A DNA stretch of 64,000 bases from a virus. The position numbers and the translations under genes are program-made. The notes beneath the pieces are model-generated. The model saw only the letters and a program-made list of their open reading frames with translations. It ran no database searches and was not told the DNA's origin. The stretch is taken from positions 32,001 through 96,000 of IMG/VR virus record IMGVR_UViG_3300024255_000006. One strand, given 5' to 3'. This document shows, piece after piece, positions 10,957-20,438 of the stretch. Position 1 is the first letter of the stretch. The number at the start of each line of letters is the position of its first letter.

Positions 10957-11320
10957 CTTTCTTACATTACAAGAACTCATCTCTGACTACGCTGTAGCAA
11001 GAGAAAAGGTTTTAATTTGGTTTGATGCTAGAGGCATTCGTAAACTGGAGGATGCTGGAAATGTAGATAAATTGAATCAAGTCTACACTTTCTATCGTGA
11101 ATTCCTACCTGATGATATTTACGCAGAGTTCTTTAACTCTTCCTTTGGAACATTTGAGCGTCAAGATCCTATCGTTGCACAAGATATAGTTGAAGATTGG
11201 TTTCCACCTGTAGAAACTCTTCCTGACTCAGATTATTATGTTTATTCATGTGTCTTCGCTAAAAATGGTGTAATTGCATATGAAAATGTTACGCCAACTC
11301 GTCAGGAAGATACTGACTGA
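10949..11320 (+). CDS. Hypothetical protein
   Basis: 123-aa ORF coupled to the upstream gene; its 3' end overlaps the convergent minus-strand gene by 32 nt. Confidence 0.75.
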   Translation: MNNFLTLQELISDYAVAREKVLIWFDARGIRKLEDAGNVDKLNQVYTFYREFLPDDIYAEFFNSSFGTFERQDPIVAQDIVEDWFPPVETLPDSDYYVYSCVFAKNGVIAYENVTPTRQEDTD

Positions 11321-12065
11321 CGAACCATGATGCTCCCTGTTCATTCATACCATGATATTGAACAGAGTGATCAATACCTTCTAGTTTTACACCAAACCAT
11401 CCTTGCGGTTCTTTCGTGAGTAAATCTTTATCTCTTTGAGGGGTCAGTGTTACTGATCCCTTTTTAATTTCATACGGTAGATTATATTCAACACATGCTG
11501 GTTCATATGGTTTGGTCCTCCATATGTTGTACATCAATGTGATTCTTTTTTCGCCAGGATACATCTCACCATAGTTTGAAGGAACTCCATGGAAATAAGG
11601 CATTGCCCAAGTTATATGTTTACCTGCCTTAGGTGAACTCCAAAATGACCATGAGTCTTCTCCTGTAACGTAAACACCATCAGTTTTACCCCAGTCATGA
11701 TATTGATCCAATAGAATTGTGGGTTGACCTGAGTTAGTTAAATACGTTACAGTGCAGAATGGAGCAGGATAATACACACCATCTTTGTTAAACCTATCCA
11801 GATCTCCATCTACATGGAAATACCAATAGGAACTTAGGTCATCGTGCGATCTTATCCACCATTCTGCACCAACATAACTGTGATACATGTTATGTTTTCT
11901 AGCAGACTCAAAAATATATTGCTCGATAATATTCTCTGGGTGTCTATCAAATCCATACCACCACGTTAGTTTTTGATCTTCATCGTGTGCTAGAATGTTA
12001 TCAGCTTCCTCTTTGATGCGAGCAGTGCTCTCTTCACTGATATAGGTATTATATGATTCAATCAT
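11289..12065 (-). CDS. 2OG-Fe(II) oxygenase-like protein (only convincing minus-strand gene)
   Basis: 258-aa ORF with 'WYFHVDGD' HxD, 'FCTVTYL', distal 'YFHGV', 'KRITLMYN'; no competing long + strand ORF over most of its length. Confidence 0.8.
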   Translation of the reverse strand: MIESYNTYISEESTARIKEEADNILAHDEDQKLTWWYGFDRHPENIIEQYIFESARKHNMYHSYVGAEWWIRSHDDLSSYWYFHVDGDLDRFNKDGVYYPAPFCTVTYLTNSGQPTILLDQYHDWGKTDGVYVTGEDSWSFWSSPKAGKHITWAMPYFHGVPSNYGEMYPGEKRITLMYNIWRTKPYEPACVEYNLPYEIKKGSVTLTPQRDKDLLTKEPQGWFGVKLEGIDHSVQYHGMNEQGASWFVSQYLPDELA

Positions 12066-12756
12066 GACTAATCAAATTTTTCCACTTTTTCCTACTGTTA
12101 TTTACCAATGCAAATTAGATGGGTTTGAAGAGTGGCGTGACCTTCTTCTCTCCAAGAAAGAATACCAGTTTGATCCTAACGATGGTGATCCTCATCTGAC
12201 TGGTGAGTTTAGAGACAAGTGTCTCATGCATAAAGATGAAGATCTGATGTCTTTTTTTGCTGAGGTAACTGATGGTATCTACGGATGCTTAGAAGCAGCA
12301 GGAGTCAAGAAAGACATGCATATTCCATACATCATGAAGTCTTGGTTTACAATCAAGGACAAATCTGATATGCTTGGTGAACATCGTCATGCATGTTCGG
12401 ATCTTTCGTTTGTATATTATTTGACTGGTGGTCAACTGTGCTTCAAACAAGAGTGGAATGCTAACCAATACTTTGGTGGGATGCTCGATGCTAAACCACC
12501 TGAGCGTAGTCACATTAATAATGAAACCTTCTTTACTACTAAAGTTACTGCAACCACCGTTGCTCCTGGGGATCTACTCATCTTCCCTAGTAATCTGCTA
12601 CATTTTGTTATGCCTGAAGAAGGAACAGACACAGTAGTAAGATCTGTTGCTGGTGATATTAAACTCATGCTTACTGATGAGTATACTGATCTTGAAACTG
12701 GACTGATTCATTACAGTCATTGGAGAAAGTTTAACACTAAAGGACTACATAAATGA
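12064..12756 (+). CDS. 2OG-Fe(II) oxygenase, TIGR02466-like (HxH type)
   Basis: 'FPLFPT', 'EHRHACSDLSFVYY', 'GDLLIFPSNLLHFV'. Confidence 0.85.
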   Translation: MTNQIFPLFPTVIYQCKLDGFEEWRDLLLSKKEYQFDPNDGDPHLTGEFRDKCLMHKDEDLMSFFAEVTDGIYGCLEAAGVKKDMHIPYIMKSWFTIKDKSDMLGEHRHACSDLSFVYYLTGGQLCFKQEWNANQYFGGMLDAKPPERSHINNETFFTTKVTATTVAPGDLLIFPSNLLHFVMPEEGTDTVVRSVAGDIKLMLTDEYTDLETGLIHYSHWRKFNTKGLHK

Positions 12757-13355
12757 ATTTTGCATTCATACAACCAATTGTACAATTCGAGTCTCCCAGT
12801 GTAGACATTAAGAAAATTGTTGATCGTGTCTATGACTTTTGGGACAAAAATATTAATAACACAACTATGCAAGGTGGGTATCAACTACGTCTTGTAAATC
12901 ACGAGAGTGGTAAAGTGAATGAACTTTTTGTCCCAGAGATCAATGCACTCTTGCAAGAAGGTATTACAACTGGTGTTGAGAACTATATTGCAACATTGAA
13001 TGTCGATCAGAAAGAAGAGTTCTCTACTAAAATTTGGGTTACCAATGTGTGGATCAACATCGCTACTCCTGGCGCATATCATCGAACACATATTCATGGA
13101 AACTCACACCTGAATGGTATATTCTATTTGCAAGTACCAGAAAATAGTGGTGAGACCTTTGTAGTTAATCCATATCCTACTGGTGTTGAGAGTATAGTGA
13201 AAACACCAAACTCATCTATCTCATTAAGTGCTCAACAAGGTGTTGGATACATATTCTCCTCATCTCTAGCGCACTACACAGATCCAAATCATTCTGAATC
13301 TGATAGAATCTCACTAGCATTTGAAGTTAAACTCGACACCATATTAAAGTCATGA
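12753..13355 (+). CDS. 2OG-Fe(II) oxygenase, TIGR02466-like
   Basis: 'NVWINI...HRTHIHGNSHLNGIFY', 'IFSSSLAHYT', 'RISLAF'. Confidence 0.85.
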   Translation: MNFAFIQPIVQFESPSVDIKKIVDRVYDFWDKNINNTTMQGGYQLRLVNHESGKVNELFVPEINALLQEGITTGVENYIATLNVDQKEEFSTKIWVTNVWINIATPGAYHRTHIHGNSHLNGIFYLQVPENSGETFVVNPYPTGVESIVKTPNSSISLSAQQGVGYIFSSSLAHYTDPNHSESDRISLAFEVKLDTILKS

Positions 13356-13969
13356 GACATAATATACAAATTCCTATCTTTCAGTATTCTGTAGAAAACT
13401 GGGAGACTGTGAAACCTGAAATTTTGAATGTTCTTCAAAAATTTAAAGGATCTAGAAATAATCGAGTTAAAAGTAAGGAGACTTACTATCTCAGTGGAAC
13501 AGATGTAGAGACAGATTTCTTTCTATATCGGGGAGCATCTGATCCTCCACCATATGCTCTTGATATAATGAAATATATCAAACCATGCATTCAACAATTC
13601 AAGGAAGATGCTGGTGTTGCTGATATCCCATACGAACTTGATGGGTTTTGGTATGAACTAGCAGCAAAAGGTGAGTGGCATGGTTTACACGATCATGGTA
13701 CAAAAGGCATGTCCGCAGTATTTTTTATCGAGATGGATGATGGACAGTATCCAACAGAATTTGGTGGAGAATTTGGTGAGGAATTATTCAGTCCACCTGC
13801 AAAAGAAGGAGATATGTTATTTTTTCCCTCATGGATGAAGCATTGTGGAGGTCAAAATACTATCGATAAAGGTAGAACTATCATTTCATTCAACATGAAG
13901 AGAAAGCCTACGCAAAAAGATATTGACGATCCGAACAGTTTTTATCATGTTGCATCAGTTCACATATAG
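13352..13969 (+). CDS. 2OG-Fe(II) oxygenase, TIGR02466-like
   Basis: 'HGLHDHG...MSAVFF', 'EGDMLFFPSWMKH', 'RTIISFN'. Confidence 0.8.
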   Translation: MRHNIQIPIFQYSVENWETVKPEILNVLQKFKGSRNNRVKSKETYYLSGTDVETDFFLYRGASDPPPYALDIMKYIKPCIQQFKEDAGVADIPYELDGFWYELAAKGEWHGLHDHGTKGMSAVFFIEMDDGQYPTEFGGEFGEELFSPPAKEGDMLFFPSWMKHCGGQNTIDKGRTIISFNMKRKPTQKDIDDPNSFYHVASVHI

Positions 13970-14030
13970 ACAGTCAGAAAAGCGTCACACGGGGGTCACA
14001 CGACCCCCTTTCTGCTGTATAATTGATTCA
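13969..14030 (+). promoter_or_regulatory. Early-type promoter cassette (ACAGT-N5-AAGCGTCACAC, GGGGTC/GACCCC hairpin, -10 TATAAT at 14018-14023)
   Basis: Read directly; same architecture recurs at 17615, 24197, 25202, 26131, 26384, 26668, 26927, 27246 and 28310. Confidence 0.7.
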
Positions 14031-14051
14031 TCGACGGAGACACCACACCAC

Positions 14052-15299
14052 ATGACCCTGACCCTGCGTCCACACCAGACCCGAGCACTTCGTGCCCTGT
14101 CTACTTCTCCCCGTGGTCGCGTGACCATCCCTACTGGTGGTGGTAAAACCCTTGTTATGATTGAGGACGTGAAGCGCACCCTTCAGGTGTCTGATCGCCC
14201 TCGCACTGTGGTTGTGGTTGCTCCTCGGATTCTTCTCGCCAACCAACTGTGTGACGAGTTCTTCTCTGCTCTCAACGGCAATGTCGATGTTGCAGTGATG
14301 CACGTTCACAGTGGTGAGACTTCTTTCAACAGCAGCACCAAAGTTGATAACATTCGTTGTCATGATGCTGTCTGCCGTACTGCTGGTGTTAATCAACTGA
14401 TCTTCACCACTTACATTTCCCTGCGTCGTATCAATGAGTCAGGCATTGATATCGACCACATTTACTTTGACGAGGCACACAACAGCACTCGTCGCGATCA
14501 CTTCAAGGAGACTGCGATTGCATCTCTGACTGCTAAGACTGCATATTTTTTCACGGCGACACCTAAGTATCGTCACAATGCTCATAACAGCATGAACAAT
14601 GTTGCAGTCTATGGTCCTGAACTTATCAGCATTCCTGCTCCTGAACTGATCGACAATGGTAGCATCATTCCTCCTACTATCAAATCTCACATTGTTGAGG
14701 TTGAGCGTCAGAAGTCTATGTACGCTGCTGAGAACGACCGTGAGGTGCTTCTGGACATTGTGAGCAACCTTGATGCTGACTCTGCTCAGAAGATCCTTGT
14801 CGCCGCTCCTAGCACCCGTGTGCTGTGGCGTCTGCTCTCCAATACTGATGTGATGCAGCAGTTTGCTGAGCGTGGTTATGATGTGATGCATATTACTAGT
14901 AAGCATGGTGCATATGTCAACAAAACTAAAGTCAACCGTGAAGAGTTCTTCAACACGCTGACTGCCTGGGGCAAAGATCCTTCCCGTAAGTTTGTGCTGT
15001 TTCACTACAGCATTCTGTCTGAAGGTATGAATGTCCCTGGTTTGACTCACTGCATTCTTCTTCGCAACCTGCCCATCATTGAGATGGCGCAGACTATCGG
15101 TCGCGTGATTCGACTTGATCGTGATGACGCTGCTGATATTGCTGCTGGTAACATCACTCCTGGTCGCCTTGATATGTATCGCAAGTCCACTGGTTATGTG
15201 ACTGTGCCTGTCTTTACCAACTATGGTAAGCAGACTGCGAAGCGTCTCCAGCACGTTGTTGATGCTATCTTCACCAAAGGCATCGCTGCAACTGAATAA
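14052..15299 (+). CDS. Superfamily 2 (DExH) helicase/ATPase, type III restriction Res-like
   Basis: Motifs 'LRPHQ' (Q), 'PTGGGKT' (I), 'DEAH' (II), 'TAT' (III), 'LSEGMNVP' (V), 'QTIGRVIR' (VI). Start moved to ATG 14052, downstream of the promoter. Confidence 0.85.
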   Translation: MTLTLRPHQTRALRALSTSPRGRVTIPTGGGKTLVMIEDVKRTLQVSDRPRTVVVVAPRILLANQLCDEFFSALNGNVDVAVMHVHSGETSFNSSTKVDNIRCHDAVCRTAGVNQLIFTTYISLRRINESGIDIDHIYFDEAHNSTRRDHFKETAIASLTAKTAYFFTATPKYRHNAHNSMNNVAVYGPELISIPAPELIDNGSIIPPTIKSHIVEVERQKSMYAAENDREVLLDIVSNLDADSAQKILVAAPSTRVLWRLLSNTDVMQQFAERGYDVMHITSKHGAYVNKTKVNREEFFNTLTAWGKDPSRKFVLFHYSILSEGMNVPGLTHCILLRNLPIIEMAQTIGRVIRLDRDDAADIAAGNITPGRLDMYRKSTGYVTVPVFTNYGKQTAKRLQHVVDAIFTKGIAATE

Positions 15300-15372
15300 T
15301 AAAGAAATGCTGAAAACATCAGCGTTTTCACACATAATAATCTAAAATACTTCTATACCACAAAACTATCTT

Positions 15373-15579
15373 ATGGAAGAGTACCAATCCTGCATTGATG
15401 ACGAAAAACATCAGAAACGACGTGATGCTTTCAATCTTTTCTATGAGAGTGTCTTGAAACCAGATCCTGAACTTAGGCGGGATTCACACGAACAACTATG
15501 CTATCATGAACTGATGGAATGGCGAGGAGATATTCTCGCTTATCTTGACCTCCGACGTATTGAAGAGTTTCACAAATGA
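15373..15579 (+). CDS. Hypothetical protein
   Basis: 68-aa ORF, ATGA-coupled to the next gene. Confidence 0.7.
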   Translation: MEEYQSCIDDEKHQKRRDAFNLFYESVLKPDPELRRDSHEQLCYHELMEWRGDILAYLDLRRIEEFHK

Positions 15580-15854
15580 CTATTGACGGAAAACCCAACA
15601 TTCAACATGACTGGAACAAAGAGTATGCGAAACAACGCAAAGATCGTATGCAAGATGCTATCGATGATTACCTCCAAGATGGTAAAGTACCAGCACGACA
15701 AACTTATGAAGAGATGTTATCTTGCGTCAATGACGTGATTGATTATCATCGTACGAGTATGAACCGAGCAGTGAAACTTAAGGAGTTAATGCTTGGACAT
15801 CGTGATATTGAACTGCTAGATCCAGATGAGATTAGTTTGTTAGATACTCTGTGA
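15576..15854 (+). CDS. Hypothetical protein
   Basis: 92-aa ORF coupled on both sides. Confidence 0.7.
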   Translation: MTIDGKPNIQHDWNKEYAKQRKDRMQDAIDDYLQDGKVPARQTYEEMLSCVNDVIDYHRTSMNRAVKLKELMLGHRDIELLDPDEISLLDTL

Positions 15855-16471
15855 CCTATAATCTTATCAATATTTTACCGACCTGGGTTATGGAGATTGA
15901 GTTTCCTGACTCAGGTTCTTTTATACCACACTTCGATGATCTTACTTATCGTGATCTAAACTCGTTTGTATCACACGAGACTGATGTTTTAGATCGTGAT
16001 CCATTCACTAAGATCAGAGAATTGATCCTAAAACATCTACAGATCATCATTGATGAGTGTGGTTATGAAGGTGATATTGGTTCAAGAATCACTCAGTCAT
16101 GGGCAATCAAGGCAACAGGAGGAAACAATACACCACCACATTCTCATCCTAACAGTCAGTTCAGTGGTGTTTGCTACTTCAATGATAGTCCACACGCACT
16201 AGTTCTCTGTCGCAAAGACATGTGGTATGATGATAAGATGCCTATCCGCGTCTTTGATTGCATAAATGAGCATCGGTTCTTTCAGAATACTCATAACCAG
16301 TTCAGATATGAACCAAAAGCGGGTAAGATCCTCATTTTTCCGTCTACTATGAAGCATTATGTCGAAATGATTCCGCATGAAGTCACGGAGACACGATACT
16401 CGCTAGCATTTAATACGTTCCTGACTGGTAAAGTCTTGACCGATTCCACTCTTGCCTCTATTATACTATGA
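15851..16471 (+). CDS. 2OG-Fe(II) oxygenase, TIGR02466-like
   Basis: 'QSWA...PPHSHPNSQFSGVCYF', 'GKILIFPSTMKHYV', 'RYSLAFNTF'. Confidence 0.9.
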   Translation: MTYNLINILPTWVMEIEFPDSGSFIPHFDDLTYRDLNSFVSHETDVLDRDPFTKIRELILKHLQIIIDECGYEGDIGSRITQSWAIKATGGNNTPPHSHPNSQFSGVCYFNDSPHALVLCRKDMWYDDKMPIRVFDCINEHRFFQNTHNQFRYEPKAGKILIFPSTMKHYVEMIPHEVTETRYSLAFNTFLTGKVLTDSTLASIIL

Positions 16472-16767
16472 TGGAAACATTCCCTGCCGCTTTTACTCAT
16501 GAACCACCAACAGGATATCGATACGAGATCGTTCGCTTTAAAGCTACTATTCTTGCAATTTGGATTGTTCATATCAGTGGGTTTAATTACAGTGATCACG
16601 ATCCTGTTCGTTGTATCTGGGGATTCTACAACACAAAAAAAGAATCATTCTTTGAACCAAAAAACTCAAAGTCAGTTGGTGCAGCAGTAGATTTTACAGA
16701 CACCACACAGTATTCAGCAATGACGTTTAAGCGTCCGTTCACTCCAACCATTGCTAATTTCCTCTAA
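16468..16767 (+). CDS. Hypothetical protein
   Basis: 99-aa ORF coupled to upstream gene. Confidence 0.7.
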   Translation: MMETFPAAFTHEPPTGYRYEIVRFKATILAIWIVHISGFNYSDHDPVRCIWGFYNTKKESFFEPKNSKSVGAAVDFTDTTQYSAMTFKRPFTPTIANFL

Positions 16768-16792
16768 ATACTATCGTCAATCAAATGTAACT

Positions 16793-16954
16793 ATGAAAGC
16801 AAAACCAGAAGTACATAGAGTGGAATTCAAGGACGATAGTCGTCCTGCTCTGCTATTTCATGGGGATACGAAGAGCTTGAAACGATATATTTCAGAGAAT
16901 ATGGATTGCATTGAAGCAGTCTATCAGTTAGAATGGAGATCAATTCGCTTCTAA
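16793..16954 (+). CDS. Hypothetical protein (53 aa, MKAKPEVHRVEF...)
   Basis: ATG at 16793 in frame with track ORF 16751..16954. Confidence 0.55.
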   Translation: MKAKPEVHRVEFKDDSRPALLFHGDTKSLKRYISENMDCIEAVYQLEWRSIRF

Positions 16955-16996
16955 GACACCCCTAGAAGCGTCTGTAACGCCCTCGAACCCTTTATC

Positions 16997-17203
16997 ATGA
17001 CCAATTCATCTACTGTGGTTACTGAAGTGACTCTAGACACCCACCAGATCCAATTTATCATGGATCTGATGATGGGATGTAATTCAGGCACCACCAAAAT
17101 CCACTCACGTAAGAATCAAATCAACGATTCTAGTCTCTATAATCACCTTGATAAGTGTCTAACTGATGCTCTATGGTTTGAATCCCAATCGGAGGGACTA
17201 TGA
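16997..17203 (+). CDS. Hypothetical protein
   Basis: 68-aa ORF, coupled to next gene. Confidence 0.65.
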   Translation: MTNSSTVVTEVTLDTHQIQFIMDLMMGCNSGTTKIHSRKNQINDSSLYNHLDKCLTDALWFESQSEGL

Positions 17204-17415
17204 AATTAGATAGTAAAGCAAGAGTATTAGGTAGTGTTGGAGTCATCACTGCCTATTTTATTGTCTTGCATGTAAATGTATTACTTGGTGTGATCATTCA
17301 TTTTGTGGCTGATCTAATCAGTGTACCGTATTTCATTCGTACTAAAGCATGGGATGTGGTGATCATGTTAGCGTTCCTCTTGTTCATCGGCATGTCTAAG
17401 CTGACCACTTTGTGA
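17200..17415 (+). CDS. Small membrane protein
   Basis: Mostly hydrophobic with about three predicted TM segments. Confidence 0.7.
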   Translation: MKLDSKARVLGSVGVITAYFIVLHVNVLLGVIIHFVADLISVPYFIRTKAWDVVIMLAFLLFIGMSKLTTL

Positions 17416-17419
17416 TCTG

Positions 17420-17611
17420 ATGCTATCAACTAAACTCATCACATCTGCCTCAACTGCTATAAAGATTGCTAATCCAGACTGGGAGTTGAGACAAATACTT
17501 TCAGTCCTTAATCTATCCAATCAAGTATATGATCAATGGCATCCTGCTGCTCTAGGTGTTATGAATGCAAATAGAGTTATAGGCACAAAAGGTGGATTCA
17601 AACGGTTCTGA
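17420..17611 (+). CDS. Hypothetical protein
   Basis: 63-aa ORF filling the gap before the next promoter. Confidence 0.55.
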   Translation: MLSTKLITSASTAIKIANPDWELRQILSVLNLSNQVYDQWHPAALGVMNANRVIGTKGGFKRF

Positions 17612-17614
17612 TGC

Positions 17615-17676
17615 GCCAGTTGCTGAACTGCCCACTGACTGACCACAGGGCACTCAAATGCCTTATACTATATTCA
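17615..17676 (+). promoter_or_regulatory. Early-type promoter cassette (CCAGT-N5-AACTGCCCAC ... TATACT at 17664-17669)
   Basis: Motif read directly upstream of 17696. Confidence 0.65.
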
Positions 17677-17695
17677 TCAGCAAGGGACACACCAC

Positions 17696-17935
17696 ATGAC
17701 CACCACAGTCGTCAAGCACTCTCACTACAAGATCCAGGTTGATTTCGTTGAGTCTCCTGGTCATCCTATCGTATACTTCCGCAAGGAAGGCAAGTGCAAG
17801 ACGTTCAATGGCGGCATGAGGCAGATGGATCGCGTCACCAATGAGTCCTGTGATGCATGGAGAGATTATAACTTCCGCCGTCTCACCGTGTCTGTTGTAC
17901 CAGCTGAGGAAGTGACTCCTTTGGTGGTCAACTGA
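17696..17935 (+). CDS. Hypothetical early protein
   Basis: 79-aa ORF after promoter; C-ending, host-like codons. Confidence 0.7.
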   Translation: MTTTVVKHSHYKIQVDFVESPGHPIVYFRKEGKCKTFNGGMRQMDRVTNESCDAWRDYNFRRLTVSVVPAEEVTPLVVN

Positions 17936-17985
17936 CCCCGTACCTGTTATACTTAATTCATCAGTAAACCACACTCTCCAGACCA

Positions 17986-18162
17986 ATGTTTTCTAAAGAC
18001 GACCACGATTTCCTTGACTTTCTCTTCGGCAAACTCACTGCATTTGTAGACAATGAAGAACTTGATCTGTCCGAGAATGATGATACTGTCTGCACTAGTC
18101 TTGAATTCAGAGCAGCAGAACTTGAGATGACTGTGGATGAGATGCTTCATGCTGATCTATAA
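17986..18162 (+). CDS. Small acidic hypothetical protein (58 aa, MFSKDDHDFLDFLFGK...), missed by track
   Basis: Translated by hand; TATACT at 17948-17953 upstream; TAATG overlap with next gene. Confidence 0.7.
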   Translation: MFSKDDHDFLDFLFGKLTAFVDNEELDLSENDDTVCTSLEFRAAELEMTVDEMLHADL

Positions 18163-18704
18163 TGTATCGAGACTTTTTTCCAACGCCACTCATAGCAGAA
18201 AGATGTGATATTGATAATGATAGACTGCTTGAGAAGGTATTGAGATATGCTCGTCGATCAGAGTCAGTATATTATTCTAATATTGGTGGTGAGCAGTATC
18301 ATGAGTTTCGTGATGAACAATTGTTCGATGCAATTGGTAAAGCAATTCCACAACGTGTAGATGTAGCACAAGATATTTTTAGTATCTACGCATGGATCAA
18401 CATCAATCCTCCTGGTGCATATAACAAAAGACACCATCACATTGATCCACACATTATCTTTTCAGGTGCTTACTATGTTGTAGCACCAAAGGATAGTGGA
18501 GAACTTAAGTTCCATGATCCACGCGGATCAATGATTGCTGAAGATGCTGCCCTAGGGTATTTCTATCAGCAACCTACGGAATCTATCGCACCTGAAACAG
18601 GTATGCTATGGATATTTCCGTCTTGGTTAGAGCATGAGGTTACACCAAACAACTCTAACGAAACTCGTATCTCTATTTCATTTAACATTTCAATCCCAAT
18701 CTGA
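18162..18704 (+). CDS. 2OG-Fe(II) oxygenase, TIGR02466-like
   Basis: 'FFPTP', 'AWININPPGAYNKRHHH...FSGAYYV', 'IFPSWLEHEVTPN...RISISFN'. Confidence 0.9.
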   Translation: MYRDFFPTPLIAERCDIDNDRLLEKVLRYARRSESVYYSNIGGEQYHEFRDEQLFDAIGKAIPQRVDVAQDIFSIYAWININPPGAYNKRHHHIDPHIIFSGAYYVVAPKDSGELKFHDPRGSMIAEDAALGYFYQQPTESIAPETGMLWIFPSWLEHEVTPNNSNETRISISFNISIPI

Positions 18705-18856
18705 TGAACACTTTTGACGACGTGATGCTTGACCGTGCTCTGCTGTCTCTCCTGGAAGACGTAGAAGTAGATTGGACCGATGACGTGCCTGATGTAAACC
18801 AGGAGTGGGCAGTTGAGGAACTGACCCCTGAGGCACTCAAGGCGATGAATTGGTAG
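18704..18856 (+). CDS. Small acidic hypothetical protein (50 aa, MNTFDDVMLDRALL...), missed by track
   Basis: Hand translation; TGATG coupling. Confidence 0.6.
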   Translation: MNTFDDVMLDRALLSLLEDVEVDWTDDVPDVNQEWAVEELTPEALKAMNW

Positions 18857-18885
18857 TATGATTACTAGGTAATCGAGAGACAGGC

Positions 18886-19257
18886 ATGACCACTCAATCG
18901 TTCGCTGACTTCGCTACCCAGCAAGACGCTCGTCACACCATCGAGTTGAACATCCGCAAGTATACTCTCATGCTCTGTGATGCTTTGGTCCTGGACTTCG
19001 AGACTCATCATCCTGAGTCTGATCCATACAAATTCGACATTGAATCTGGTCGCAAGTATCACAAACTGATCATGGAGACCAATGCTGGTTCCCGTAGTGT
19101 TCATGCTTTCGTTGATAAGAAGACGGGTGAGGTTTACAAACCTGCCTCATTCAAAGCACCTGCTAAGCACGTTCGCTTCAACCTACTGCTGATCAACGAT
19201 CGTGAGTGGTTGCTAGAGAACGCTGACTGGGCAGGTGGTTATCTTTACAAGCGTTGA
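18886..19257 (+). CDS. Conserved phage hypothetical protein
   Basis: 'SVHAFVDKKTGEVYKPASFKAPAKHVRFNL' motif recognised from T4-like phages. Confidence 0.75.
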   Translation: MTTQSFADFATQQDARHTIELNIRKYTLMLCDALVLDFETHHPESDPYKFDIESGRKYHKLIMETNAGSRSVHAFVDKKTGEVYKPASFKAPAKHVRFNLLLINDREWLLENADWAGGYLYKR

Positions 19258-19282
19258 CGCGCTGCCCATTTTCTGCTAAATT
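19254..19282 (+). promoter_or_regulatory. Sigma70-type promoter TTGACG-N17-TAAATT with extended -10 TG
   Basis: -35 at 19254-19259, -10 at 19277-19282, 17-nt spacer. Confidence 0.65.
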
Positions 19283-19306
19283 ACTCTAGTTCTTTCTTTT
19301 ACCACA

Positions 19307-19543
19307 ATGTTCTATCTTGTTGCTGCTGGTAACGGTTACGCCATGGATCACGCTGGTGATACCATGTATGGTATGACTGTGTTTGAAGATAACACGGTCG
19401 ATATTGACGATTCTTATGACATCGCTTATGATGAAGTTGATGAGGGCGAGCAGGAGTATCTTGCTCACGTCGCTTATCACATGCAGCAAATCGCCAAATT
19501 GACCGAGGAGCACCGTAAACTTAACGAGGTATTCATCAAATGA
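19307..19543 (+). CDS. Hypothetical protein
   Basis: 78-aa acidic ORF after promoter. Confidence 0.7.
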   Translation: MFYLVAAGNGYAMDHAGDTMYGMTVFEDNTVDIDDSYDIAYDEVDEGEQEYLAHVAYHMQQIAKLTEEHRKLNEVFIK

Positions 19544-19809
19544 GTATTGTGACGGATGACCTGGTGGAGAATCTTATTCAACCACCCTTTGTAAATCCTT
19601 TCTATGGTACACATACTACGTCTGTTGTACCACGCACAGATCTTTCAGAAGAAGATCTCACACGCTATTGGCGCTATTTCAAACGATTCCCAAATGAATT
19701 TGCGTCGGCAGTCAACAAACTGCTTCCAAATTCATGCATCTTTGTTACCTTCGATCACCTCAACAACGTCCTTACCTATGAACAACGAACTCGCTCTTCA
19801 AATCTCTGA
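19540..19809 (+). CDS. Hypothetical protein
   Basis: 89-aa ORF with ATGA coupling. Confidence 0.55.
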   Translation: MSIVTDDLVENLIQPPFVNPFYGTHTTSVVPRTDLSEEDLTRYWRYFKRFPNEFASAVNKLLPNSCIFVTFDHLNNVLTYEQRTRSSNL

Positions 19810-20011
19810 ACAACGTGACGATATCTGTGAATGGATGATGACTCGCTTTCGTGAGTTGATGTCTGAGGAACGTATTGATGATGCACTGCATTTCGCAGAT
19901 GAGTGGTTTGAGTGGATGGATCCTGAGGGCTACATAAACGAGTCCACACACTTCTACAACGAAGATGAGCTCCTCCAACTCTACCTCAGCCTACCAGAAA
20001 CAGATCGCTGA
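19778..20011 (+). CDS. Hypothetical protein (MNNELALQISEQRDD...)
   Basis: Internal ATG of track ORF 19604..20011. Confidence 0.65.
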   Translation: MNNELALQISEQRDDICEWMMTRFRELMSEERIDDALHFADEWFEWMDPEGYINESTHFYNEDELLQLYLSLPETDR

Positions 20012-20138
20012 TCTACTGGTAGACATATGTTATGAGCGAGATCCTAAGCAATTAGAAGTGCTTAGTGAGAGACTCGCTATGATTCGTAAACTTTGCCCCG
20101 ACTGTACTAATGAGAATCAAAGACAGCAACACATCTGA
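19965..20138 (+). CDS. Small hypothetical protein (57 aa, CPDC motif), missed by track
   Basis: Hand translation MSSSNSTSAYQKQIADLLVDICYERD...KLCPDC...; fills the 20011-20110 gap. Confidence 0.45.
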   Translation: MSSSNSTSAYQKQIADLLVDICYERDPKQLEVLSERLAMIRKLCPDCTNENQRQQHI

Positions 20139-20436
20139 AGTTGTTGACATCGCAGCAGAGAATGCTGGTACTGCTACAACTTATGTCTCTACTAATTCAG
20201 ATCCCGAAGCAGCACAAATGGAAGAATATCTTCACAATGTTGCTGTTCCTGAGCATCAACAAAAGATGGCATCACTGCTAGAGACTGATGGTTATGAAAT
20301 TAAACGAACACCAGCAACCTTTCGCCGTATTCAAACTCTTGGTTTGTCCGATGCAAATCTTACAGAGATGCTGAAAACCCACCAAGGTCGAATTAAATTC
20401 GGTTATAATTACATTGAGCGAGTACAACTGAGCTAA
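20110..20436 (+). CDS. Hypothetical protein
   Basis: 108-aa ORF. Confidence 0.65.
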   Translation: MRIKDSNTSEVVDIAAENAGTATTYVSTNSDPEAAQMEEYLHNVAVPEHQQKMASLLETDGYEIKRTPATFRRIQTLGLSDANLTEMLKTHQGRIKFGYNYIERVQLS

Positions 20437-20438
20437 CT

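Noticed and set aside
14439-15335. 298-aa minus-strand ORF
   Set aside because: Antisense shadow of the helicase, which has full motif support; no motifs or promoter of its own.
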